Below, piece after piece: positions 28,610 through 37,884 of a stretch of DNA of 64,000 nt. The notes beneath the pieces were generated by a model. It saw only the letters and a program-made list of their open reading frames with translations. It was not told where the DNA came from and did no database searches. Source of the stretch: Candidatus Aeolococcus gillhamiae (GTDB lineage Bacteria > Chloroflexota > Dormibacteria > Aeolococcales > Aeolococcaceae); contig QHBU01000256.1 of NCBI GenBank assembly GCA_003244045.1, forward strand, positions 9,892 through 73,891. Reading direction: 5' to 3'. How positions within the stretch are numbered: position 1 is the first letter of the stretch; the number at the start of each line of letters is the position of its first letter. Position numbers and translations under genes: made by a program.

Positions 28610-29305
28610 TCAGTAGGCTTGCCGGAACGGCGGATCGTCAGGCTTCCTCGGCAAGATGGGCCTCGCGAGCCGGGCTGCATCAAGAATTGATTGGGCATCA
28701 ATGTGATGTCGCGTTACCTCGATGCCGAATTGGGGCCATTCACAGACAAAACCTACTTCCCCGGGTGAGGGAAGTGGCCAGACCCAGAACATGGAATCGG
28801 CGGTCCACATGGTGCCGTCTTCGGACCGTACGGCGCTGCCGTGCCCCGGCTCGAGGTACCGCGTCTCTCCAGGGCGCGGGTCCATAGGTGGGCGCAGGTT
28901 GTGCGCTCTGGAGCCGTCCGAGAACTCAACGCTCAAGCGCAGGACGTCGTCTGCCAGGTCATATGGATCCTTCCCTTCTCGACCGCGGAGGCCTGCCAGT
29001 CCGAACATCGGGTCCCATACGTTCACTTCCTCGGTGAGGACCGCATAAGCGACGACCTGGAATTCGAAGCCGGTGGGGAATGCACTGAAGTGTTGGACCT
29101 GCACCGCGGCAGCGTCCGACTGAGCCAGGAGGAAGTTGATACTCAGCGGCGAACCCAAAACGCGTTCGGGCCGTCCCCACGGGTGCTGCCTGTCATCGGT
29201 GAACGTCACGTCACGTCCATTCTGCGTCTTCCGATTCGCCCGAGTGAGATCGGTGATCCCGATCAGCGTGTTGGTTCCCTCCTGACCCAAGTCACACATT
29301 TCCAC
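28610..29305 (-). CDS. Hypothetical protein
   Basis: Long ORF with structured-looking sequence (AFPTGFEF, LSVEFSDG, FWVWPLP, VCEWP); start uncertain. Confidence 0.6.
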   Translation of the reverse strand: MEMCDLGQEGTNTLIGITDLTRANRKTQNGRDVTFTDDRQHPWGRPERVLGSPLSINFLLAQSDAAAVQVQHFSAFPTGFEFQVVAYAVLTEEVNVWDPMFGLAGLRGREGKDPYDLADDVLRLSVEFSDGSRAHNLRPPMDPRPGETRYLEPGHGSAVRSEDGTMWTADSMFWVWPLPSPGEVGFVCEWPQFGIEVTRHHIDAQSILDAARLARPILPRKPDDPPFRQAY

Positions 29306-29399
29306 CGGCCGGTGTGTTCATGACCTGATGCGTCCGATCGGCGCCCGCTCGGCGGGTGTTGTAGGACGTGGACAAGCGCGGAGCCGGCCGCACGCCGGG

Positions 29400-32300
29400 A
29401 TGATCAGCATCGGCAACGTCGTGTCCGTCAGCGACGGCGCTCGCTACTTTCAGGAGGCCGTTGCCGAGAGCCCGGCAGACTACTACGCCGCCCGCGGGGA
29501 GGCGGCCGGGGTATGGCGCGGCCAGGCGGCTGCGGAACTGGGTCTCAACGGCCCGGTGCGCCGGGAGGACTTCGTCCGCATCCTCGACGGCCGGCACCCG
29601 ACGACCGGTGACGAACTGGGGCGGCACTACGCGGCACGGAAGAACGTCGCCTTCGACGTCACCTTCTCGCTGCCCAAGAGCGTGTCGCTGTTGTACGCGC
29701 TCGGAGACGACCACATGCGGGCCATCGTGCTGCTTGCCCTCGATGCCGGAGCGACTGCGGCACACGAGTATCTCGAGGAGCACGCTGCGTGGGGTCGGAT
29801 CGCCAACCCGCAGAACCGCGCGATCGAGCACGTCCGGGCGCAGCTGGTGACGGCCACCTTTGTTCACCGCACCGCCCGGCCGGTGACCCGCGACGGCGTG
29901 ATCACCGTCGACCCGCAGTTGCACACCCACCTGGTCGTCGCTTCCTTTGCCAAGCGGGCAAACGGCACCTGGGGTCAACTGCACGGCCAGCAGCTGTACG
30001 CCCATGCCGCCGCGGCCGGGGCGATCGGCCAGGCGACGACCCGCGATGTTCTCGTCCGCGAACTGGGGCTGCGGGTGCGGACCAACCCGAACGGGACGTT
30101 CGAGCTCGAGGGGTTCACTCCCGAGCAACTAGCGGAGTTCTCCCAGCGGCACCAGCAGGCGAGGGCGGCCGCGGGCGCAGCCGGCGTCACCAGCTACGAC
30201 GGCATGAAGGTCGCGGTCCTTGCGAGTCGGGAGTCGAAGAGCGCGGTCGCGCCGGGAACGGATCATTTCGAGCAGTGGCGCGACCGCGCCGCCACCCTCG
30301 GCCTGACACCGCGCAGTGTCCGCGACCTCCTCGACCAGGAGCAGCTACGTGACCTCCGCTGGTTCGACGTCGACACTGCGCAGGCGGTGATCGGCCGCGA
30401 TGAGGGGGGCCTCACCGCCCAGACCTCGGTGTTCAGCCGTCGTGACCTGATCCGCTCGCTCGCTGCCCACACGCCGCTTGGCATGCGTCGCGAGCAGATC
30501 GAGGAGCTCGCCGACGCCATCCTCGCCGACCCCGCCGTGACCACGCCGATGGTCCCGGCCCAACGCGAGGGTGAATCGCCGGGCGAAGCGATGGATCGCT
30601 GGCGCGACCGCGGCATGGAGCTCCACTACTCCACCCCCGAGGTGGTGGAGCTGGAGCGACGCATGCTCCGCTCCGCGGTCCTCCGCGACCAGGAGCGAAC
30701 CCTGGTGATCGACGGTGGGCATGTGCGCACGGCCGTCGCCGCCATCGGAAGCCAGCTCACCAAGGATCAGCGGGACATGGTGCTCGGTGTTTGCACCTCA
30801 ACGGCCGGCGTGGTCGTGGTCGAGGGCGCGGCGGGGACAGGCAAGACCACCGCCGTCCGACTGATCCGCAATATCCACGCCGATCTGGGCGTCTCCGTCG
30901 TCGGCTGTGCGCCATCCAACCGCGCCGCGGTCACGCTGGGGGAGGAGGCAGGGGTGACCGCCGTCACCACCGCCTCGCTGCTCGGCCGCCTGCGCGACGG
31001 TCAACACCTCGCCCGCGGCGGCCTTGTCATCGCCGACGAGTGCTCGATGCTCGGGCCCGACCTCGCCGAGCTGGTGATCCGGGCGGAGCAGGACGGCGCC
31101 AAGCTGGTGCTGATCGGCGACAGCGCGCAACTCCAGCCCATCCACGGCGGGGCGCTGTTCCGGTCGCTCGGGGACGCGCTGGGGCGGATCTCGCTCACCG
31201 ACGTGGTGCGCCAGCGGGAGTCGTGGGACCGCGAGGTGCTGATGGCGCTGCGCGCCGGCGACGCGGCACCATTGGTCCGCAGGTACCTCGACGAGGGGAG
31301 GGTGCATCACTGCCCGGACGAGGCCTCGCGGGTGGCCACCATCGCAGCCGACTGGGTGGCGGCAACAACGGAGGGCCACGAGGTGATCACCATCGCCCGC
31401 GAGCGGGCCGCGGTCGCCGAGCTCAACGCGGTCACTCGCGAGGCCGCGGTGGACGCTGGACTGGTGGGGCGGACGGGGGTTCATCGTGTGTCCACCGATC
31501 AGGTCGGCCACAAGACGATGCCCCTCGGCGAGCTGGAGTTCGCCGTGGGCGATCGCGTGCTCCTCGTGGGCAGGACGCAGCGCCACCGTGGGCTTGTCAA
31601 GGGCCTCCGGGGCACCGTGGTCGAGACGGCCGCGGACGGCACGCTCTGCCTCGAGACAGCCGAGAAGCGGCGGCTCACCGTGCCCCCCCGCTATGCGGGC
31701 GTCGCCCACGGCTACGCGCTCACCGCCCACCGCGCCCAGGGGGCGACTGCCGACATCGTGCTCGTCCACGGATCGGACGCCGCTGACCGCCACTGGCACT
31801 ACGTCGCGCTGAGCCGGCATCGACTCCGCGCCGCCTACTACGATGTCGCCTCACAACCCAGGGACACCGAGGGTGTTCACCATGGACCACCGGTGGACGC
31901 GTCATGGACAGACCAGGCACTCATCGCCTCGATGGAACGGGATGACGCCAAGCCGAGCACCCTGGACTACCCGGCGGCGTATGACCGCCAGCTCGTCGAA
32001 ACCTGCCCCTCAACAGATCCCACGGCGGGTCGCGGCGTGGCGCCGACTGAGCGACAGCTGGAACTGCTACGCCTGAACGGGTTGCTGGAGGAGCTTCCTC
32101 CGGCCGCCACGTGGATTCACGCGTCGCTGGTAGTCGACCGTCTCTTCGGCAACCCGGCTGGTGAGAGCGCCCAGCGATGGCTGACCAAGGGTGGGACCCC
32201 GCCGGATGAGGCCGGGAGGGCCGTCGCGATGGCAATGCAGGACGTCGCCGCGAGCCGCGGACGGAGTTGCATCCGCGACTCGCGGTCCGGCGTCATGGAT

Positions 32301-32453
32301 GGGCAGCTGCGCGCGCGACCGGGCTCGGCCGAGAAGGAGCTGGCCATGCAGGCCGAAGAGGCTCGGAGACGGCGCCGCCTCGAGCACAATCTCCATCACG
32401 ACCACCACGCCCCGGCGCATACGACGCAGAGCCCGGGCCGCGGAATCGGATGA
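29400..32453 (+). CDS. MOBF (TrwC/TraA-like) relaxase fused to RecD-like SF1 helicase
   Basis: DYY, FDVTFSLPKSVS, HRTAR, DPQLHTH, GAAGTGKT, DECSM, GDSAQL, YALTAHRAQG, YVALSR. Confidence 0.93.
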   Translation: MISIGNVVSVSDGARYFQEAVAESPADYYAARGEAAGVWRGQAAAELGLNGPVRREDFVRILDGRHPTTGDELGRHYAARKNVAFDVTFSLPKSVSLLYALGDDHMRAIVLLALDAGATAAHEYLEEHAAWGRIANPQNRAIEHVRAQLVTATFVHRTARPVTRDGVITVDPQLHTHLVVASFAKRANGTWGQLHGQQLYAHAAAAGAIGQATTRDVLVRELGLRVRTNPNGTFELEGFTPEQLAEFSQRHQQARAAAGAAGVTSYDGMKVAVLASRESKSAVAPGTDHFEQWRDRAATLGLTPRSVRDLLDQEQLRDLRWFDVDTAQAVIGRDEGGLTAQTSVFSRRDLIRSLAAHTPLGMRREQIEELADAILADPAVTTPMVPAQREGESPGEAMDRWRDRGMELHYSTPEVVELERRMLRSAVLRDQERTLVIDGGHVRTAVAAIGSQLTKDQRDMVLGVCTSTAGVVVVEGAAGTGKTTAVRLIRNIHADLGVSVVGCAPSNRAAVTLGEEAGVTAVTTASLLGRLRDGQHLARGGLVIADECSMLGPDLAELVIRAEQDGAKLVLIGDSAQLQPIHGGALFRSLGDALGRISLTDVVRQRESWDREVLMALRAGDAAPLVRRYLDEGRVHHCPDEASRVATIAADWVAATTEGHEVITIARERAAVAELNAVTREAAVDAGLVGRTGVHRVSTDQVGHKTMPLGELEFAVGDRVLLVGRTQRHRGLVKGLRGTVVETAADGTLCLETAEKRRLTVPPRYAGVAHGYALTAHRAQGATADIVLVHGSDAADRHWHYVALSRHRLRAAYYDVASQPRDTEGVHHGPPVDASWTDQALIASMERDDAKPSTLDYPAAYDRQLVETCPSTDPTAGRGVAPTERQLELLRLNGLLEELPPAATWIHASLVVDRLFGNPAGESAQRWLTKGGTPPDEAGRAVAMAMQDVAASRGRSCIRDSRSGVMDGQLRARPGSAEKELAMQAEEARRRRRLEHNLHHDHHAPAHTTQSPGRGIG

Positions 32454-32505
32454 CGGAGGGGTGCTAGCGCTCACGCGCGTCGTGAACGCCCCGCCGAGGG
32501 CACCT

Positions 32506-32654
32506 CTAGTCGCGCCGATCCCGGTCCCGCTGACTTTCGCGTACCTGCGTCATCGGACGCGACTGCTTTGGCAGTTCCGCAGGCGCTCTGGGCGGCACTG
32601 CCGGTGACTTCGGCGGCTGACCTTCGGGGGTGGGGGAGGCGCCGCGCCGGCCAC
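32506..32654 (-). CDS. Pro-rich micropeptide 2 (coupled GTG out of frame; in-frame GTG at 32598 gives 30 aa)
   Basis: PPRAPAELPKQSRPMTQVRES paralogous to micropeptide 1, with mostly synonymous codon differences. Confidence 0.55.
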
Positions 32655-32788
32655 TACTTCTTTTCGATCTTGTCGGCCCCGAGGCCCTTGCGCACGGTGA
32701 GCATCGGGTAATCGCGTTTGGGCAACTCGGATGGCGCGCGAGGGGGTTTCGATGGTTGGGGCGGGGCGGGCGATGCGCGGCTGGCCAT
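32654..32788 (-). CDS. Pro-rich micropeptide 1 (44 aa, MASRASPAPPQPSKPPRAPSELPKRDYPMLTVRKGLGADKIEKK)
   Basis: ATG 4 nt after the stop of the upstream membrane gene; paralog immediately downstream; below ORF-track cutoff. Confidence 0.7.
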   Translation of the reverse strand: MASRASPAPPQPSKPPRAPSELPKRDYPMLTVRKGLGADKIEKK

Positions 32789-32792
32789 GGGC

Positions 32793-33335
32793 TTACCGTA
32801 CCACCAGCAGATACGCCGTACACAAGATGGTGGCAGTGGCCATGACTACTGCACCCAATGCCCATCCGACGCGCTTCCGGTCACTCACGCGCCGGTTATC
32901 TTCGATCGCCTGAGTGAGCGCATCGAGGACGGCCACATTGGCGTCCAGGGCAGGTCCGGCGATAGTGTCTCGATAGAGGTCATCAATGGCCGGTCCGGTG
33001 GCGAAGCTTCGGGGCATGAGCGTCCAAGCGAACCCTGCCGCGGACAGGAATGCGGGGAAGAGGCTGGCCCACCAGAAGCGATTGAGCGAACCATGATTGC
33101 TCAAAAGCAGCGCCACGCCGGCAATGTCAGCACCCAGCAGCCCCAGCGCTTTGGTGTCATGGCTGTCCGCATTGGCCAAGGTGGCGGCAACCTGCGCCTG
33201 GGCCTGGCCGATCAAGACCGCCGTGATCTTTTCCTGTTCGCGGGACACCGCATCGGTCGCCAAGACGACGGCTGATGGCCGCTCCTTGGGATCGTCCGAG
33301 CCTCGATTGACCGAGACGGACACGCGCACTCGCAC
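32793..33335 (-). CDS. Membrane protein, PycTM/DUF5706-like
   Basis: DTKALGLL-TM-TM-PR...N...K-TM architecture. Confidence 0.6.
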   Translation of the reverse strand: MRVRVSVSVNRGSDDPKERPSAVVLATDAVSREQEKITAVLIGQAQAQVAATLANADSHDTKALGLLGADIAGVALLLSNHGSLNRFWWASLFPAFLSAAGFAWTLMPRSFATGPAIDDLYRDTIAGPALDANVAVLDALTQAIEDNRRVSDRKRVGWALGAVVMATATILCTAYLLVVR

Positions 33336-33341
33336 AGACCC

Positions 33342-33370
33342 AGTCTAGCCGATGAACGAACGTATGTTTG
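33342..33370 (-). promoter_or_regulatory. LexA (SOS) box plus -10 element, probable leaderless promoter
   Basis: CGAACGTATGTTTG (33357-33370) fits GAAC-N4-GTTY; TAGACT on minus strand at 33347-33342, 7 nt before GTG at 33335. Confidence 0.6.
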
Positions 33371-33436
33371 TGCATGCGGCTCCATCGGTCTCGAGCATCA
33401 GCGGACCCGCGCGACCCAGCCGTCGTCGACACCGCG

Positions 33437-33457
33437 TTGGCTTCAAAATTGGCTTCA
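33437..33457 (+). repeat. Integrase arm-type tandem repeat (right)
   Basis: TTGGCTTCA-AAA-TTGGCTTCA. Confidence 0.75.
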
Positions 33458-33495
33458 GGGGCCGCCCAGGGGAACCGTTTTCGTATTCAAAACGG

Positions 33496-33865
<370 letters not shown>

Positions 33866-33922
33866 ACGAGGTGAAGCTGCGAGCTCATGGTACCGCGTGT
33901 CGGCGGTCCAATCGCTCGTGTA

Positions 33923-34681
33923 TCAGCCCGTCTCATCACCGTGCGGCTCGTCGAGCACGCGCAGCCCGCTCCGGGTCCTCGGTGTGGCTGTAGCGATCGC
34001 CTCGCCGAACAACCCCTCGATCCCAGTCGAGATCAGCGCCGTGAGGTAGTCGACCAGCGCGGCGCGTGACATCGAGCGCCTGTCGATCCACCAGTCGGCC
34101 GCGGCCTGCACCATGCCCACGATGCCGTGCGACCACGGCTCGGCTCCGCCCGAGTCGACGCCGGCCTCACGGAGGCGGTCATCGAGCACGCGCGCCACCT
34201 CGGTGGCCATCAGGGCCATCTGGGCGTGCACCAGGTCGGAGCTCATCCCCCGATCGGCCAGTGACCCGTGAACGACGAAGCGGTAGAGCTCGGGGTCCTG
34301 CTCGATGATGGCCAGGTAGGTGTCGACGACGGCCGCGATGGTCTCGCGGGGAGGGCGCTCGACGAGCAGCGCGCTCGACATCGCCGCCAGCAGCTCGTCG
34401 TTCACCCTCCGGCCCACCGCCAGCCAGAGGTCGGCGCGGTCGGCGAAGTGGCGGTAGAGGATGGGCTTGCTCACCCCCGCCTGGGCGGCGATGTCCTCCA
34501 TGCCGACGCCGGCGCCCCGAGCCCGGATGGCTTCGACGGCGGCCTCGACGAGCTCGGCACGGCGCGTCTCCCGATGCCCACGCCAGCGTTCCCGCTGCCC
34601 TGCGGCCTGGGCCTCGCCGGCCGGTCCGGGAGGCCGGAGGAGTGCCCGGTTCTCGGGCCCCTTGACTTTTCGGGAGCGCAT
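33923..34681 (-). CDS. TetR family transcriptional regulator
   Basis: MEDIAAQAGVSKPILYRHF HTH; divergent from oxygenase operon. Confidence 0.92.
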   Translation of the reverse strand: MRSRKVKGPENRALLRPPGPAGEAQAAGQRERWRGHRETRRAELVEAAVEAIRARGAGVGMEDIAAQAGVSKPILYRHFADRADLWLAVGRRVNDELLAAMSSALLVERPPRETIAAVVDTYLAIIEQDPELYRFVVHGSLADRGMSSDLVHAQMALMATEVARVLDDRLREAGVDSGGAEPWSHGIVGMVQAAADWWIDRRSMSRAALVDYLTALISTGIEGLFGEAIATATPRTRSGLRVLDEPHGDETG

Positions 34682-34690
34682 GCTACTAAT

Positions 34691-34703
34691 AGTAACTGTT
34701 ACT
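34691..34703. promoter_or_regulatory. Putative TetR operator
   Basis: Perfect palindrome AGTAAC-T-GTTACT in the short divergent intergenic region. Confidence 0.6.
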
Positions 34704-34733
34704 CAAGGTAACGCTCAGATTCGAGGAGGACCC

Positions 34734-36056
34734 ATGACAGCCCCAGCCGCTCCCCACTTGGTCATCGGCGCCGGCTACGCGGGCCTCGGCGTCGCGCGCG
34801 CTCTCCGCGCCGACGGCCTCGACGTCGAGGTGGTCGAGAAGAACGACGAGGTCGGCGGTAACTGGCTCAACGGCGTGTACGACTCCACCCACATCATCAG
34901 CTCGCGGGACACCACCGGCTACGCCGAGTTCCCGATGCCGCGCAGCTATCCCGATTTCCCCAGCCGCGACCAGATGATTGCCTACCTGCGCTCGTACGCG
35001 GAGGCCTTCTCGCTGCGCGAGCTGATCCGCTTCCGCACCGAGGTGACCAACGTGGTGCCCGTTACCCCTGACGGCGTCGGCGGCTGGGACGCAACCATGC
35101 GCCTGCCCGACGGGACGGTGGTGACGCGCCGCTACACCGGGGTGGCGGTGTGCAACGGCCACCACTGGGACAAGCACATCCCCACCCGCCCGGGCATCTT
35201 CAGCGGCCTGCAGATGCATTCCAAGGACTACCGCAACCCGTCCGACTTCCAGGGCTCTCGGGTGCTGGTGGTAGGCGCCGGGAACTCCGGGTGCGACATC
35301 GCGGTAGAGGCGTCGCGCCACCTCGGCCATTCGCTCATCTCCATGCGCCGCGGCTACCACTTCCTGCCCAAGACCGTCCTCGGAATCCCCGCCGCGGAGC
35401 TGGACCTGCCCTGGATGCCGCTCTGGGCGCAGCGCACCTTCCTGCGCAGCATGGTTCGGATCATCCATGGCAGGAATGAGCGATACGGCATTCCCACCCC
35501 GGATCACCGCCTCTTCGATCGCCATCCCGTGGTCAACAGCGAGATGCTCCACGCGCTGCGCCACGGCCGCGTCGAGTACCGGCCCGACATCGAGCGCTTC
35601 GACGGCAAGACCGTGACCTTCATCGACGGCCGTCGCGAGGAGGTCGACACCATCGTCTGGGCGACGGGCTTCGCGGTGACTTTCCCCTTCCTCGACCGCG
35701 ACATCTTCGAGTGGGAGAACGGGATCCCCAAGCGCGTCTTTGGGATGCTGCCGTCAACGGTGGCGGGGATTTACGCGTTCGGAGTGCTGCAACCGCGCGG
35801 GGGCGCCGGTCCCCTGATCAGCCGGGGCGCCGAGCTGCTCGCCCGGCTGGCGCGCATCCAGGCCACCGTCGACCATCCCATCGCGATCGACCTCGCACGC
35901 ATCCGTCGTGCCGACGCCCGCCACCTCGTCGGCGTCAGCGAGACCATGCGCCAGATCGCCGTCGCCAATCGCATCCTCGATGTGTACACCTGGCGCCAGC
36001 GGCGGCGTGGTCTTCCAGCGCGGTCCGCACCGGAGTCTGCGGAGCGGGTGGCATGA
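34734..36056 (+). CDS. Flavin-containing monooxygenase (FMO family)
   Basis: IGAGYAGL, FSGLQMHSKDY (FxGxxxHxxxY), VGAGNSG, WATGF; RBS GAGGAGG. Confidence 0.92.
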   Translation: MTAPAAPHLVIGAGYAGLGVARALRADGLDVEVVEKNDEVGGNWLNGVYDSTHIISSRDTTGYAEFPMPRSYPDFPSRDQMIAYLRSYAEAFSLRELIRFRTEVTNVVPVTPDGVGGWDATMRLPDGTVVTRRYTGVAVCNGHHWDKHIPTRPGIFSGLQMHSKDYRNPSDFQGSRVLVVGAGNSGCDIAVEASRHLGHSLISMRRGYHFLPKTVLGIPAAELDLPWMPLWAQRTFLRSMVRIIHGRNERYGIPTPDHRLFDRHPVVNSEMLHALRHGRVEYRPDIERFDGKTVTFIDGRREEVDTIVWATGFAVTFPFLDRDIFEWENGIPKRVFGMLPSTVAGIYAFGVLQPRGGAGPLISRGAELLARLARIQATVDHPIAIDLARIRRADARHLVGVSETMRQIAVANRILDVYTWRQRRRGLPARSAPESAERVA

Positions 36057-36901
36057 CCGCCGAGCTTCGCGGCCGCCGCGTGCTCGTCACCGGCGCCGGT
36101 GGCGCCCTGGGAGGTGCGACGACCAGGGCGCTCCGCGCCGCCGGCGCCATCGTTGCCGGGCTCGACCTCATCGGGGGCGGTGTCATCGCCTGCGACATCC
36201 GCGACGCCGACAGCGTCAGCGCCGCGGTCGCGCGGGCGCGCACGGAGATGGGTGGCATCGATGCTGTCGTCCACTTCGCAGGCGTCGGGATGCCGACCAG
36301 CTCCGGAGCCGCGCCTGGTGACGCGGTGTCGCGCACGGTTGACATCAACCTGCTCGGTCCCTGGCGGGTCACCGCGGCGTGCATCGACCAGCTGGTGGCG
36401 CAGCGCGGCCGTCTGGTCTTCGTCGCTTCCCAGCTGGCCTACGCGACCATCCCGTTCGCGGCCGCATACACGGTGTCCAAGCGCGGCCTGGCGGCGTACG
36501 CTGACAGCGTCAGGGCAGAGTACGGCAGCCACGTCGGTGTGACCACCGTCTACCCCGGCTACATCCGCACCCCGATCCACGACGCCAGCATCGCTGAGGG
36601 CCTGTCGCTGGACGGCGCCACGCGCCCGCAGCGGCCCGCGGACGTCGTGGCCACCGTGCTTCGCGCGCTCACTGCAGATCGCCCGCCACGGGACCTGGCG
36701 TGCAGCGCGCTCGGCCGCTTCGAGCTGGCCGCGTGCCGCCACCTGCCGCGAACAGCCGACGCGGTGATCCGCCGGCGTCTGCGCCGCGACCTCGCCCGCG
36801 GACGGCACAACGCAGCGCCGCTGGCCGCCGCCATGCGCAGCCGCCTCGGCTTCCCCGACCCCACCCCGACCGCGCGCCCCACGGAGGAGAGGATCGCGTG
36901 A
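36053..36901 (+). CDS. Short-chain dehydrogenase/reductase
   Basis: TGAGGALG, YTVSK, VYPGYIRT. Confidence 0.88.
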   Translation: MTAELRGRRVLVTGAGGALGGATTRALRAAGAIVAGLDLIGGGVIACDIRDADSVSAAVARARTEMGGIDAVVHFAGVGMPTSSGAAPGDAVSRTVDINLLGPWRVTAACIDQLVAQRGRLVFVASQLAYATIPFAAAYTVSKRGLAAYADSVRAEYGSHVGVTTVYPGYIRTPIHDASIAEGLSLDGATRPQRPADVVATVLRALTADRPPRDLACSALGRFELAACRHLPRTADAVIRRRLRRDLARGRHNAAPLAAAMRSRLGFPDPTPTARPTEERIA

Positions 36902-37797
36902 GAACGCTGCTCGACCGGCCCGACCGCGAGGCGATGGCGCAGCGGCTGCTGCGCGCCTCGGCGCAGAAGTCCTTCGACCCTGAGGTGGATGTCGACTGGG
37001 AGCAGCCGCTCGTCGACGGCATGTTCTACATGCCCGAGCACCGGGTCAGCCTGTATGGGACGCCGCTGTGGGAGCGGATGAGCCACGCACAGCGCGTCGA
37101 CCTCTCACGCCACGAGATCGCCAGCACGGCGAGCGTGGGCATCTGGTTCGAGCTGATCCTGTTGCAGCTCCTGGCGCGACACATCTACGACCGGCCGGCG
37201 ACCAGCGACCACGTTCGCTACGCGCTCGTCGAGGTCGGTGATGAGTGCCGTCATTCGGTGATGTTCTCGCGCATGATCGAGAAGCTGGGCTGCCCCACGT
37301 ACGGCCCGGGCCGGCTGGCGCACACCCTCGGCCGCCTGCTCAAGAGCTTCGCGACCGGGCCCGAGGTCTTCGCCGCATTCCTCATCGCCGAGGAGATCCT
37401 CGACGCCTTCCAGCGTGAGTTGATGATCGACGAGAGCGTGCAACCGCTGGTGCGGCGCATCTCGCACATCCATGTGATCGAGGAGGCGCGCCACCTCCGC
37501 TACGCGCATGACGAGCTGGGGCGCCAGATGGCGGCGGCGTCACCGGCGGCGCGCACCTGGGCGCGCTGGGTGGTGGCGCGTTCGGCATGGACGGTCAGCT
37601 CGCACCTCGTGCACCCGGACGCGTATGCGGCGGTTGGGCTGGACCCGCGCGCCGCGCGCCGCATGGCGCTCGCCAATCCCGCGCGCCGCGAGTCGATGCG
37701 CTGGGCGAGCTCCAAGCTGGTGCGGTTCTTCGCCGCCAGCGACCTGCTCAGCGGCCCTGGGCTCCTGCTGTGGCGACGCAGCGGCCTGATCACCTAA
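36898..37797 (+). CDS. AurF-like diiron oxygenase
   Basis: GIWFE, DECRHS, AEEILD, HVIEEARH ferritin-like diiron ligands. Confidence 0.88.
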   Translation: MRTLLDRPDREAMAQRLLRASAQKSFDPEVDVDWEQPLVDGMFYMPEHRVSLYGTPLWERMSHAQRVDLSRHEIASTASVGIWFELILLQLLARHIYDRPATSDHVRYALVEVGDECRHSVMFSRMIEKLGCPTYGPGRLAHTLGRLLKSFATGPEVFAAFLIAEEILDAFQRELMIDESVQPLVRRISHIHVIEEARHLRYAHDELGRQMAAASPAARTWARWVVARSAWTVSSHLVHPDAYAAVGLDPRAARRMALANPARRESMRWASSKLVRFFAASDLLSGPGLLLWRRSGLIT

Positions 37798-37803
37798 CGG
37801 CGA

Positions 37804-37880
37804 AGGGGGAACTGCGTTCCCCCTCGGGCACCCCCGGCTAGCGCTGTCAGCTCCGGCGGCATGAAGTCGCCTGCGCTGAC
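37804..37880. terminator. Double hairpin between convergent genes
   Basis: AGGGGGAAC-TGC-GTTCCCCCT and GTCAGC...GCTGAC stems. Confidence 0.45.
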
Positions 37881-37884
37881 GGTT

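Noticed and set aside
32506-32865. 119-aa ORF from the track as a single gene
   Set aside because: Its 5' part overlaps the membrane gene and micropeptide 1 out of frame; only the 3' ~50 codons look coding
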